NCBI GenBank assembly: GCA_030390025.1
Contig: CM059432.1
Coordinates: forward strand, 57,042,001-57,106,000
From: Squalus acanthias
Taxonomy: Eukaryota
Direction: 5' to 3'
DNA length: 64,000 nucleotides
Shown one piece after another: positions 25,119 to 38,364 of the stretch. The notes beneath the pieces were generated by a model that saw only the letters and a list, made by a program, of their open reading frames with translations, made no database searches and had not been told where the DNA came from. How positions within the stretch are numbered: position 1 is the first letter of the stretch; every line of letters starts with the position of its first letter. Both the position numbers and the translations under genes were made by a program.

Positions 25119-26139
25119 CTCGGGGATGTAACATTCATTGTTTGTGGCTCTGTTGTTTAATTATGAACTCAAACGAAGCACCCCTGTACAATTTGTGTTC
25201 TCCAAGACACTATATCGTATTGAAAACATTCTTAATCTCCTTGTAATAACCACTGTTCTGACTGGATTTTATTCCGTTGACTTCCATATTAAGAGCCATT
25301 TAAAAAAAAAATTACATTCATGTCTAAACTGTGATGGGATTTAAGTCCTCAGAGGTTTTAAAATCCATTAATGCCTTAGTTTGGTTGGTTACTTTGTTAT
25401 GTTTATATTTTATATCAAATTAAAGTTGAAGTAATGGGGCAGTGAATAAGTTCTAGCAAGTTTAACTTATATTTTGTGATATTACAAAAATATAACTGTA
25501 GATATTTCAAATCTATTAAACACTATAATGCTTTTGGAAATTCAGTCATAAATGTTTCATTTCAGTAACATTCACTGGCAATGACCATTAAAAGGTATTC
25601 TGTGTAAAATACAGCTTATTTAAATGATGGAAATAAAGTAGTAATATAAAGTGCTGTACTTTTGTTGAAAAACAATTATGGAACACATTGTGTTGCTTCT
25701 ATTCAGAATTCATCAAAGTGGAATTACTGTTTGGAGAATTTTAAAGGGATTGCTTAGTCATTAACTACTAACAGCTCTATTGTAGGTTTAAACCTGAACT
25801 TTCACTAGCCCCATGGATGATAAATCACTTTAAACTACAACTTAAATGGAAGCCTGTTCAATGAGGAGAAAGAAAAGTCAAAAACATAATTTTCATGTTT
25901 TTTTGTGACTCACTATATTGCCATGCTCCATGTTTTGCAAACACAAAAACATTTCAAAACTTTTTTTCAGGAAAATGGTAGCCCTTTAAAGAATTTAAAT
26001 CGGATTTATTCCTGATAAAATTCACATCTATCCCCACAAGCTTATCAGATACTATACACTTTACCAGAAATAAACTTCAGGTATGTGGTACAGAAAGTGA
26101 GTTAATTTGTTTGAAAAGCTATTGTTTTTTAGTTACCCC

Positions 26140-26269
26140 AGAAGGGTTTCTAGAGACTCTCAAAGAGGTTCTCCCAATGGGTTTCCGAGGCTCTTTCGCT
26201 TAAGTTACGGCGGAAGTTCGGGAGACAACCGCCTCCCCACCCCGCATCCTCACCAGGAAATTCTCGGCC
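26140..26269. mobile_element. Short MITE-like remnant
   Basis: CpG-containing island ending GGAAATTCTCGGCC; related to 7779-7905. Confidence 0.4.
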
Positions 26270-26869
26270 TATATATTTAACATAAGTATTATAATTCGAC
26301 CTGGTTTCATTCTTTTTTTGCCCCTAGTTTCTTTTTTAAATTGCTGATTTTGGTTAAACTTGAAAAATTAGAGCTCCCTAGAGACAGCATCACAGCCATC
26401 AAGTGTTAAGAACATTCCCTTTATCTGTAAGTGATCAATTACAAAAAAAGTTTTTGGCATATTAATTAGGATTTGGAAAAGCAAAGTCTAAAGCAATGTG
26501 TCTGCTGACAGACAGCAAAAATTTAATTAATTGAATAATTTACAAACTTTAACAAAGCATATATTACAGTATTCTAATACTAGAACACTGCTTTTGTAAT
26601 ATTATCAAAATGCTGCCAGGCTTCAATCTTTGCAAGGCATAATTGGCTTTGTATTCTCCCTACTTGTGGAATAACCAAATGAAACCAGAAATACTGCTGC
26701 AGTAGAGAAAGATTTTGTAATAAAATGTAATACATGCCGGTGAATTTCAGAGTGGTACAATATTTTATTGTATAAATAAATACTTCCAAATAAAAGGCTC
26801 TGCTATCCCAAATAGGATGATGTTGTACACTGTGTCCTGAGAGATGAGCTTTCTCTTTTATTACTGTCA

Positions 26870-27228
26870 AACTGACAAGCTGAGGAATGGTGGATGGACT
26901 TTAATGTGGATAAATGTAAGGTAATGCATATTGGAACAGGAATCTCTTGAAGGGTACTCAAAGTAAAGGTGGGGATAATTATTGACAGTTCAATAAAACT
27001 ATTCAGTTAATGTGAAGCTTTGATCAACTACCTAACCTTAAAGACGAAATTATTTATTTAATAGGTCCATATCGTGAAGTGCCTCTCAATCCTCCCTTGT
27101 TTTATATTATGTAACTTGCCAGTCAGGGCTGTTTAGAAAATATCAGTTTATTATGTTAGTTATGTGGAGAGTCTAGAGAAGCTGGGATTGTTCTTCTTAG
27201 ATCAGAAAGGGTTAACGGAGATTTAATC
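26870..27228 (+). mobile_element. Two small CR1 ORF2 scraps
   Basis: MDFNVDKCKVMHIG at about 26895-26936; LEKLGLFFLDQKGLTGDLI-like sequence at about 27170-27228. Confidence 0.6.
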
Positions 27229-27369
27229 ATTCCTTCTTCCCTCCTTCCTTTCTCTTTCATTCCTGCCGCCCTGCCTCCTTTCTTTTTTCCTTCCTCTCTT
27301 GTTTCCATCCTCCTTTCTTTTCTTTCATTCCTCCCATTTTTCCTTTTTTTTACTACTATTTTTCAGTTT

Positions 27370-27590
27370 TTCAAGCTGGAGAGGAAAAAGAGCTTAAGGA
27401 GGGGCTTTCAGAAAGCAGAGTCGAGCTGGCTGAATGCTCTGGAGCCAATGGTGTAATGAAGAGAGTTTGATGCAGAGTAGGCCAGACAAATACAGGAGTG
27501 GGTCTAAGGCTGGCAGAGGGTGCAAAAGTTTGATGGGGTGAGGCCTTGGAGGGATTTGAAGATGAGGATAAGGATTTTAAATCCTTTGTG
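27370..27590 (-). mobile_element. Old L2 LINE, 3' part (continues at 31080-31720)
   Basis: Minus strand reads FKILILIFKSLQGLTP, the L2 C-terminal motif also seen at 30105-30563. Confidence 0.7.
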
Positions 27591-27593
27591 TTT

Positions 27594-30500
27594 GAATCAT
27601 AGAATCGTTGCGGCACAGTAGGAGGCCATTCGACCCGGTGAGCCTGTGCCAGCTCTCTGCTCGTCCCAATCTCCCCCCCGGCCTTTCCCCATAACCCTGC
27701 AAATTGTTTTCCTTCAGCTACTTATCTAATTCCCTTTTGAAAGCCATGATTGAATCTGCCTCCACCACTCTTTCGGGCAGTGCATTCCAGATCATAACCA
27801 CTCGCTGGGTAAAAAAGCTTTTCCTCATGTCGCCTTTGAATCTTCTGCCAATCACCTTAAATCTGTGTCCTCTGGTTCTCGACCCTTCCACCAATGGGAA
27901 CAGTTTCTCTCTCTCTACTCTGTCTAGACCCATCATGATTTTGAACACCTCTATCAAATCTCCTCTCAATCTTCTCTGCTGTAAGGAGAACAACCCTAAC
28001 TTCGCCAGTCTATCCACGTAACTAAAGTCCCTCATCCCTGGAACCATTCATGTAAATCTTTTCTGCGCCCTTCTAAAGCGTTCACATCCTTCCTAAAGTG
28101 CGGTGCCCAGAATTGGACACAATACTCCAGTTGAGGCCGAGCCAGTGTTTTATAAAGGTTCATCATAACTTCCTTGCTTTTGTACTCTATGCCTCTATTT
28201 ATGAAGCCCAGGATCCCGTATGCTTTTTTAACCACTTTCTCAACCTGCCCTGCCACCTTCAACAATTTGTGCACATATACCCCCAGGTCTATCTGTTCAT
28301 GCACCCCCTTTAGAATTGTACCCTTTGGTTTATATTGCCTCTCCGTGTTCTTCATACCAAAATGTATCACTTCTCACTTTTCTACGTTAAACTTCATCTG
28401 CAACGTGTCCGCCCATTCCACCAGCCTGTCTGTGTCCTCTTGAAGTCTATCCCTATCCTCCTCACTGTTCACTATACTTCCAAGTTTTGTGTCATCCGCA
28501 AATTTTGAAATTGTGCCCTGTATACCCAAGCCCAAGTCATTAATATATATCAAGAAAAGCAGTGGTCCTAGTACCGACCCCTGGGGAACACCACTGTATA
28601 CCTTCCTCCAGTCCGAAAAACAACCGTTCACCACTACTCTCTGTTTCCTGTCACTTAGCCAATTTTGTATTCATGCTGCCATTGTCCCTTTTATTCCATG
28701 AGCTTCAGCTTTGCTGGCAAGCCTATTAAGTGGCACTTTATCAAACGCCTTTTGGAAGTCCATGTACACCTCATCAACCACATTGCCCTCATCAACCCTC
28801 TCTGTTACCTCATCGAAAAATTCAGTCAAGTTATTTAAACACGATTTGCCTTTAACACTTCCGTGCTGGCTTCCCTTAATTAATCCACACTTGTCCAAGT
28901 GACTGTTAATTTTGTCCTGGATTATCGTTTCTAAAAGCTTCCCCACCACTGAGGTTAAACTGACCGGCCTGTAGTTGCTGGGTTTATTCTTACACCCTTT
29001 TTTGAATAGGGGTGTAACATTTGCAATTTCCCAGTCCTCTGGCACCACACTCCTATCCAAGGAGGATTGGAAGTTTATGGCCAGTACCTCTGCAATTTCC
29101 ACCTTTACATCCCTCAGCATCCTCGGATGCATCCCATCCTGGTGACTTATCTACTTTATGTACAGCCAGCCTTTCTAGTAACTCTCTCTTATCAATTTTT
29201 ATCCCATCCAATATCTCAACTACCTCCTCTTTCACTATGACTTTGGCAGCATCTTCTTCCTTGGTAAAGACAGATGCAAAGTACTAATTTAGTACCTCAG
29301 CCATGCCCTCTGCCTCCCTGCGTAGGTCTCCCTAATCGGCCCAACCCCTCCTCTTACTACCCATTTACTATTTATATGCCTATTGAAGACTTTTGGATTT
29401 CCTTTTATGTTAGCTGCCAGTCTATTCTCATACTCCCTCTTTGCCCCTATTATTTCCTTTTTCCTTATGATACTATGATCACTGATCACTAAATGTTCCC
29501 TTACTGAAACTTGATCCACCTGACCCACCTCATTCCCCAGAACCAGATCCAGCAATGCCTCCTTCCTCGTTGGGCCAGAAACGCACTGATCAAGAAAGTT
29601 CTCCTGAACACACTTCAGAAATTCTTCCCTCTCTCTGCCCTTTACACTATTACTATCCCAGTCTATATTAGGATAATTGAAGTCCCTCATTATCACTACT
29701 CTATAGTTCTTGCACCTCTCTGTAATTTCCCTGCAAATTTGCTCCTCTATATCCTTCCCACTAGTAGGTGGCCTATAGAATACACCTAGTAGTGTAATGG
29801 CACCTCTTTTTTTTTTAAACTCTACAACAACAACTTGTATTTATATAGCGCCTTTAACATAGTAAAGCGTCCCAAGGCGCTTCACAGGAGTATTAAAAGA
29901 CAAAAAATTTGACACCGAGCCACATAAGGAGAAATTAGGGCAGGTGACCAAAAGCTTGGTCAAAGAGGTAGGTTTTAAGGAGTGTCTTAAAGGAGGAAAG
30001 AGAGGTAGCTAGGCGGGGAGGTTTAGGCAGTGAATTCCAGAGCTTAGGGCCTAGGCAACAGGAGGCACAGCCACCAATGGTTGAGCGATTATAATCAGGG
30101 ATGCTCAAGAGGCCAGAATTAGAGGAGCGCAGATAGCTTGGGGTGGGGGGTTGGGCGGGTTGTGGGGCTGAAGGAGATTACAGAGATAGGGAGGGGCGAG
30201 GCCATGGAGGGATTTGAAAACAAGGATGAGAATTTTGAAATCGAGGCGTTGCTTAACCGGGAGCCAATGTAGGTCAGCGAGCACAGGGCTGATAGGTGAA
30301 CAGGACTTGGTGCGAGTTAGGACATGGGCAGCCGAGTTTTGGATCACCTCAAGTTTATGTAAGGTAGAATGTGGGAGGCCAGCCAGGAGTGCGTTGGAAT
30401 AGTCAAGTCTAGAGGTAACAAAGGCATGGATGAGGATTTCAGCAGCGGATGAGCTGAGGCAAGGGCGGAGACGGGCGATGTTACGGAGGTGGAAATAGGC

Positions 30501-31080
30501 GTTCTTCGTTATGCTGTGGATATGTGGTCGGAAGCTCATTTCAGGATCAAATATTGACACCAAGGTTGCGAACAGTGCGGTTCAGCCTCAGACAGATGTT
30601 AGCTAAGAGGGATGGAGTCGGTGGCTGGGGAACGGAGTTTGTGGCGGGAACCGAAAACAATGGCTTTGGTCTTCCCAATATTTAATTAAACTCTAACCGA
30701 ATCGATTCTGTCCTTGACCACTCCAGGACATCCTCTCTCCAGCACTGTAATATTCTCCTTAATCAATACTGCCACCCCACCTCCTTTCTTTCCTTCCCTA
30801 TCTTTCCTGAACACCTTATATCCAGGAATATTTAGTACCCAATCCTGCCCTTTTTTGAGCCAAGTCTCCGTTATCGCCACAACATCATATTCCCATGTGG
30901 CTATTTACGCCTGCTACTCACCAACCTTATTTACCACACTTTGTGCGTTTACATGCATGCACTGTACCCTATCTTAGACCTTCTTGTGTTCTCTCTTAGT
31001 CTGACCCCACCAAATACCGTACTATCTCTCGCTCTAGTGCCAGCTGTATCTCCCACTCTTTTGTGCACCATGTTTCTCCT
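27594..31080 (-). mobile_element. CR1 LINE, disabled ORF2 with internal deletion, interrupted by L2
   Basis: GAATCATAGAATC tail; RT/C-terminal ORFs 27718-29235; endonuclease at 29289-29800 and 30686-30960 (AITETWL, GYKVFRKDR). Confidence 0.95.
29825..30685 (-). mobile_element. Young L2 LINE nested in CR1 endonuclease region
   Basis: ORF 30105-30563 (HAFVTSRLDYSNALLAGLP, LHWLPVKQRLDFKIL); (CAA)n tail; flanked by TTAAACTCTA at 29815-29824 and 30686-30695. Confidence 0.95.
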
Positions 31081-31720
31081 CGTGTTGGGAGACGAGGAGC
31101 AAGAGAAGGTCTCGGGACCCAGATAATAGATGACCAGGAATGTATGGGATTGGAGACAGGCGGTTGAATTTTGAACAAGTTGGAGTTTATGCAGTGGGGA
31201 GTATGTTAGGCCAGAAAGGAAGGTTTTGGAAAAATCTGGACAACAGAGGAGAGGTGATGAGGAGGAGGGTGTGACTGACCATGTTAAACGCCACAGAGAG
31301 TTTGAGAGGGATAATGAGGGACAATGTACCAGGGTTGCAGTCACAGAGGATGTCATTTGTGACTTTTGCCAGGGTAATCTCAATACTATTAGTAAGTCAG
31401 AAGAATTCAACCAGTCAATTTTGGGAGAGAAGGACACAGTACTGGGAAGCAATGATTTGTTCAAAAACCTTAAAAAGGAAAAGGAGGTTAGAGATGGAGC
31501 AGTTGTTGGAGAATGAACAGGTCTAGGATGGCATTTGCGGAGGGGAATAATGACCATTTTTTAAAGTGTGAAGGACAGTGTGAAAGCAAAAGGAGCAATG
31601 AACAATTTTCGAAAATGCGATGTCATGAAAGCTAATTGACTGTTCAGGATTTAGATGGGAAAAGGATTGAGGGAGTGGGAAGTGGGTCCAATTGGGAGAT
31701 GAGCAAAGTTCTTTTTTGGG
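31080..31720 (-). mobile_element. Old L2 LINE, RT region
   Basis: Minus-strand frames give KVTNDILCD and LHKLQLVQNSTA, typical L2 ORF2 motifs. Confidence 0.75.
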
Positions 31721-31823
31721 CATCTGCTCTGGCTTTTAGACGTTTGCATGAATGACTAGGTTAGTGGTGAACTGAATGTACCATAAGTTAGATTCCAATG
31801 TTTGCCCAACAGGTGTAACTATT

Positions 31824-32579
31824 GGCCCCTAATTTGCGGTCAGCGGCGAAGCAAAGGTGTTCGCTGCTGGCCCCGAAGAAAGCTTTCCACAAAGATCTTG
31901 CGATCTCTGTGGTGAGAAGTTCGGCTTTTTCGACATGCAGTTGAAATCAGTGGAAGTTAATGGGGAATCCCTAACACGAGCTGCTGTGACGTCAACAAGC
32001 TGTCTGAGCAGTCAAAATGCAGAAATCATTACAGACTGAGAACCAGGAAGTGAGTAAGCTCCTTTGTTTCTAACTTTTAAAAAATGTTGTAGTGAGCAAA
32101 ACAAAGATTGAGGCTCTCACATGGGGAAAAGGTAAATCTGAAATAAAGATGAACAAACTCTTTAAAAAAACAAAAACAAAAATTTAAGTTTCTTAAAAAT
32201 TGTAATTTTTATTAAAATGGATAAGTTTGACACTCCACAAAATTAAAATTAGCTTTTCAGGGCCATAACATTTGTTTAGCAGTAAATACGTTGTTAAAAT
32301 CCCAGTTACACCTAATCCAAAAGGGTCCAACTTTTAATGGGGTATTTAACAGTGATATTACCGTGGAAGAGCCAAAGTTTGCGTCAGTTTCCCTGATTTC
32401 CCTGATTACGCTGATTGCCGGCTGTGGGGGGGCACAGCGCAGCCAGTGTCGGAACAGCGAACTTCAGGATTTCCGCGTTAGGATGCGCATGTGCTACATC
32501 CTGAAGTTGCGGTCAGTTTCAAAGGAGTAATAACAGCGAACGCTATTCACTCGTTATTACCCACCGGAAATTATAAGCC
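31824..32579. mobile_element. Harbinger-type MITE, third family
   Basis: Ends GGCCCCTAATTTGCGG / CCGGAAATTATAAGCC, exact TSD ATT; GC-rich arms around an AT-rich centre. Confidence 0.75.
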
Positions 32580-34305
32580 ATTGTATTTAATCATTTCTAC
32601 CGCCATCTTTCTCTCTTCATGGTGGCATTGACTTTTGAAAGTTTTAAATTCTGTAAGCAGTACTGCAGAAATTCAGATGCTATAACACTTGAGTAGCTGT
32701 TTATGTAGTAACCTCACAAATCCTGATGAGGACCCCTGATTTCATTGGTTATCGTGCAGACACTTTCAAATGTAGAAAAAAACCTATTTGCAAGCAATTG
32801 ACTCAATTATTTATGAAAATATTTTGTTTCTTGATATTTAAAACATTTTAAAAAACTGAATTTCAAAATCTACAATTCAGTTGGAAATGTTTAAGAAATA
32901 TGCTTTTCATTTTTAACATTTCTGCAGTTTTATGTCCGTGTTTTGCATGCCAAAATGAATATTACACATACTGCATTTTTGCGGAGTTGGCTTTGAAACA
33001 GTCCAATCAAATATCTCAAGATATATTGGCACTTAAATGCTCTAAGACATTAACAGCTAACCATTGCTTTTATAGAGAATAATTGGAAGAAATAACAGGG
33101 CAATAATTTAATCAAAGCATTCAGGTGAATTTATAAACCACAAAAGTGAAACTTGCGTGCTTATAACCATCGCCTGAACCATGAAATCATATTCCACCTT
33201 TGAAACCATTCCCTGACATCTGATTTTGTTTGTAAAATATTTTGTTTATTTTAAGTGGAGGCGTTGTTAGTAAAGGATGAAATCATCAGAGCAATAGTGA
33301 GAAAGGATATTGGCTCAGAAAATCAAGATGTAGAATCAGTCTGGGTGGAGCTAAGAAGCACCAAGGGGCAGAAAACATTGGTGGGAGTTGTATATAGGCC
33401 TCCAAACAGTAGTGGTAATGTAGGGGACGGCATCAAACAGGAAATTAGCAATGCATATAACAAGGGTACTGCAGTAATAATGGGTGACTTTAATCTACAT
33501 ATAGACTGGCCAAACCAAATTAGCAATAATACTGTGGAGGACGAATTCCTGGAATGTGTATGAGATGGTTTTTTAGACCAGTACGTTGAGGAGCCAACTA
33601 GGGAACAGGCTATCCTAGAATCGGGTATTGTGCAATGAGAATGGGTTAATTAATAATATTGTTGTGCGGGGTCCTTTAGGGAAGAGTGACCATAACATGG
33701 TAGAATTCTTCATTAAGATGGAAAGTGAAGTAGTCCAATCTGAAACTAGGATCCTAAATCTAAACAAAGGAAACTACGAAGGTATGAGGAGAGAGTTGGC
33801 TATGATAGATTGGGGAGCTTCATTAAAAGACATGACGGTGGATAGGCAATGGCTAACATTTAAAGAACGAATGCATGAATTGCAACAGTTATACATTACT
33901 TTCTGGCGTAAAAACACAAAAGGAAAAGCGGCCCAACCATGGCTAACAAAAGAAATTAAGGATAGTATTAGATCCAAAGAGGAGTCATATAAAGTTGCCA
34001 GAAAAAGTAGCAAGCCTGAGGATTGGGAGCAGTTTAGAGTTCAGCAAAAAAGGACCAAGAGATTGATTAAGAGGGGGAAAATAGAGTATGAGAGTAAACT
34101 TGCAAGGAACATAAAAGTGGACTGTAAAAGCTTCTACAAGTATGTAAAAAGAAAAAGATTAGTGAAGACGAATGTAGGTCCCTTACAGTCAGAAACAGGA
34201 GAATTTATAATGGGGAACAAGGAAATGGCAGAGCGATTAAACAAATACTTTGGTTCTGTCTTCACAGTAGAGGACACAAATAACTTACCAGAAATACTGA
34301 GGAAC

Positions 34306-34474
34306 AGCATTAGTGCCTTAAGAGAGGTGTGTAGCGCCTGATTTAGCATTCAATCACCTCCAGGGGCAATAGAAGCCAAGTTTTCAGCCGGAGGCGATAA
34401 TTAGCATCAGGCGCTAAACTTTGTGCCCAGCCGATAATTGCGCCCCAAACGGGGCGTTATCGAATTTCTCCCCC
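34306..34474. mobile_element. One-ended MITE fragment inside CR1 ORF2
   Basis: Non-CR1 sequence between ...EILRN and QGSSEKEEL; ends GAATTTCTCCCC (Harbinger-like terminus); no matching left terminus. Confidence 0.7.
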
Positions 34475-36036
34475 CAAGGGTCTAGTGAGAAGGAGGAATT
34501 AAAGGAAATAAGTATTAGTAAAAAAATAGTGCTGGAGAAATTAATGGGACTGAAAGCTGATAAATCCCCAGGGCCTGATAATCTGCATCCCAGAGTACTA
34601 AAAGAGGGTAGCCATGGAAATAGTGGATGCATTGGTTGTCATCTTCCAAAATTCTATAGATTATGGAATAGTTCCTGCAGATTGGAGGGTGGCAAATGTA
34701 ACCCCACTATTAAAAAAGGAGGGAGAGAGAAAACAGGAAACTACAGACCGGTTAGCCTAACGTCAGTAGTAGGGAAAATGCTAGAGTCTATCATAAAGGA
34801 TGTGATAACAGGACACTTAGAAATATCAACAGGATTAGACAAAGTCAACATGGATTTATGAAAGGGAAATCGTGCTTGACAAACCTACTGGAGTTTTTTG
34901 AGGATGTAACTGGTAGAATAGATAAGGGAGAACCAGTGGATGTGGTGTATTTGGATTTTCAGAAGGCCTTTGATAAAGTCCCACATAAGAGGTTGGTGTG
35001 CAAAATTAAAGCACTGGGATTGGGGGTAATATACTGGCATGGATTGAAAATTGGTTAACAGACAGGAAACAGAGAGTAGGAATAAATGGGTCTTTTTCGG
35101 GGTGGCAAGCAGTGACTAGTGGGGTACTGCTGGGATCAGTGCTTGGGCCCCAGCTATTCACAATATATATCAATGATTTGGATGAGGGAACCAAATGTAA
35201 TATTTCCAAGTTTGCTGATGACACAAAACTAGGTGGGATAGTGAGTTGTGAAGAGGATGCAAAGAGGCTTCAAGGCGATTTCGACAAATTGAGTGAGTGG
35301 GCAAATACATGGCAGATGCAGTATAACGTGGATAAATGTGAAGTTATCCACTTCAGTAGGAAAAACAGAAAGGCAGAGTATTATTTAAATGGTGATAGAT
35401 TGGGAAATGTTGATGTACAAAGGGACCTGGGTGTCCTTGTACACCAGTCACTGAAAGCAAACATGCAGGTACAGCAAGTAGTTAGGAAGGCTAATGGTAT
35501 GTTGGCCTTCATTGCAAGAGGATTTGAGTACAGGAGCAAGGATGTCTTACTACAGTTATACAGGGCCTTGGTGAGACCACACCTGGAGTACTGTGTGCAG
35601 TTTTGGTCTCCTTACGTAAGAAAGGATATACTTGCCATAGAGGGAGTGCAGCGAAGGTTCACCAGACTGATTCCTGGGATGGCAGGACTGTCGTATGAGG
35701 AGAGATTGGGTCGACTAGGCCTGTATTCACTAGAGTTTAGAAGAATGAGAGGGGCTCTCATTGAAACGTATAAAATTCTGACAGGGCTAGACAGACTGGA
35801 TGCAGGGAGAATGTTTCCCCTGGCTGGGGGGTCTAGAACGAGGGGAAACAGTCTCAAGATACGGGGTAGGACATTTAGGACTGAGATGAGGAGAAATTTC
35901 TTCACTCAGATGGTGGTGAACCTGTGGAATTCTCTACCACAGAAGGCTGTGAAGGCCAAGTCACTGAATATATTTAAGAAGGAGATAGATAGATTTTTAG
36001 ACGCAAAAGGCGTCAAGGGGTATGGGGAGAGAGCAG

Positions 36037-36119
36037 GAACCTGAAACAAAAGCTGCAGAGCATTACCTATGTTTTTCTTTGCTGAAAGCAGGAAGTTTGG
36101 CAGTATTTACAGTAGTATG
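36037..36119 (+). repeat. 83-bp direct duplicate of 36743-36825
   Basis: 81/83 identical by direct comparison. Confidence 0.97.
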
Positions 36120-38050
36120 AGATAGAGAATCAGCCATGATCATATTGAATGGCGGAGCAGGCTCGAAGGGCCGAATGGCCTACTCCTGCTCCTATTTTTC
36201 TATGTTTCTATGTTTGATGTCAGTTTTGGGGCCAACAGTAGCACTCTATACACTTTAAATTTAAGCTATGTGAGGGTGTTGAAGCGCATCAATGACTATT
36301 GTATGATTGCTGGAAGTTTACCGACAAACAATTGACACTTTATTTCCCAGGATGCCTAGTTTGTATTTAGACACTGTGGAAGCTTTTTATATGTTTTGTT
36401 TTAAATTTGTGATCCTTTTGTAAAGCTATGATGTTGGTGTTAATGCTGCATCACATGATTTGCTTTCTGTCATTGCCAATTACAATCCTGATGACATCAC
36501 CAATACTGCTGAGGATGGCGCCTCTCTATTGTCGTGGCTACCCATACCGAGCCTGTGGACCCAAGGACCTGGAAAGGTCTGCTGGTTATCGGAAAAAGAA
36601 AGCATCCTCTCTGCTTACTGAAAGACCTCGAGACCTTTCCAAGGACTCACATAAACACTCTTAATGCCTGTATGACCAGGCACACTGCTTGGCTGAGAAA
36701 TGCCAGGCATTAATTCCTGGACAAACATTACTCATGTTCCCAGAACCTGAAACAAAAGCTGCAGAGCATCACCTATGTTTTTCTTTGCTGAAAGCAGGAA
36801 GTTTGGCAATATTTACAGTAGTATGTAATGAAGTATGTTTTGTTGAAAAATACTATTTGGTAATATATCTCTTTCCCACAAGAGTTTGTGTCCGCGTGAA
36901 GAAAAAAAAAGAACAAACCTGTGTCACACTAAATCAAAATATATTAGAAACTTTCAAATTGATGCTCAGCAGCTGCAGTTTTGTTTCAGGAAACTGGTGT
37001 CAGAGAAAAGAAATATATCCTTCAGAACAGAAGCAGTATTTTTATTTTAAACCACAGAAATGTGTTAAAATCGCAGGCTTTAACCACTCCCAATGCTTTG
37101 TACTTACAAAATGTTTTTGCTCCTTTCCTGAGTCTAACACAGGTTCCTGCCTCTCTCTTTCTCTCAGTCCCTGCTGACATGAATGATTCTGTTCCTTGAG
37201 GAGCTTTCAGTCACTTGCACTGTCCACTGATATCATTCTCCATACAAGGAGAGAAATCAATTTTCTATTTATAACATTATCTCAGACAGTTGTTGCTGAG
37301 ACAGGCCTGTCTGCTCTACACCACAGTAATGCAATTTGTACCAGTTCAGCCCTAAAGGATTCATTCTATTTGTATACATGGCACAATGTGCTGCTCCCAG
37401 TTTGTCTTTCATGTTCAACGCACTGTTATCATTCTTCAAAGCCTTATTTAGTAAATTGTTTTTAAAAAGGTGTAGCTTCAATGAATTAATCACTTGCTTG
37501 AAAGACACTAGTGTGCAACTTGAGAGATGCTAAATATGGAAATAATAAGGTAGGTGCAAATCAGTGATGCAGTCATTGTATTGTTTACTTTCAAAAGGGA
37601 TGTAATGAGAGACAGTTATTTGAATTAGAATTCACTACTTAAAGCTTAACTGCACAGCATGTTTAAATAGAATATTTACACTTGACAGCAGATTTGTACA
37701 CGGTGGTTATATATTCATGAATTAATATGGAACAAATATGTTTATCTCTAACTCACAAAAATAGATACTTCAGTAGTATAGTTTTATTTTTGCAACTACA
37801 CCATATGCCTTTTTAGATCTAATGGCCTGTGTTGGTCTAGTTGGGCATGTTTCATGGGTTCAATTTACTCCCTGTTCTTCAGAATATACATGTGTATGTG
37901 TCTCCATTTTCATGTTACTGCAGTTCACTTTCTTGTGTACGTGACTCCAGTTTTGCTTCTTCCTCATTGTCATGCTAAGAGCAGAAAGTGTACTGTATAT
38001 AGTGGAATGCCGTTGAGTGTGAGCGTCTGGTACTCCGGTAGTTGACAGCA

Positions 38051-38358
38051 CAGGAACATAGGAAGGATCATAGGAAGATAGGAACAGGAGTAGACCATTC
38101 AGTCCATCGAGCCTGTTCTGCCATTCAATCAGATCATGTGCACCTTAACTTCATTTACCCACCTTTGATCCATATCTCTTGATACCCTTACCTAACAAAA
38201 GTCTATCAATCTCAGTCTTGAAAATTTCAATTGACCCAGCATCTACAACCTTTTGAGGGAGAGTTTTCCAGATTTCTACTGCCCTTTGAGTGAAACTGTG
38301 CTTCCTGATTTCATTTCTAGCTCTAATTTTAAGATTGTTCTGGATTCTCCTACCAGAC
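38051..38358 (-). mobile_element. CR1 3' end
   Basis: GGAACATAGG-type tail; minus strand encodes RNEIRKHSFTQRAVEIWKTLP. Confidence 0.9.
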
Positions 38359-38364
38359 AAAAGG

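Larger units (their letters stand above)
33255..36215 (+). mobile_element. CR1 LINE, nearly full ORF2, disabled
   Basis: Endonuclease (VGVVYRPP, IMGDFN, SDHN) and RT (NYRPVSLTS, YLDFQKAFDKVPH, KFADDTKL); 310-aa open C-terminal stretch 35112-36044; (CTATGTTT)n tail. Confidence 0.97.

Noticed and set aside
32722..32760. Additional hammerhead at CTGATGAG
   Set aside because: No stem II followed by GAAA.
35112..36044. 310-aa ORF as a functional RT or host gene
   Set aside because: It is the C-terminal part of CR1 ORF2. Upstream there are stops, frameshifts and a MITE insert, and PQGS is mutated to LLGS.
36689..37177. 162-aa ORF
   Set aside because: Non-ATG start, composition typical of non-coding DNA, no recognisable domain.
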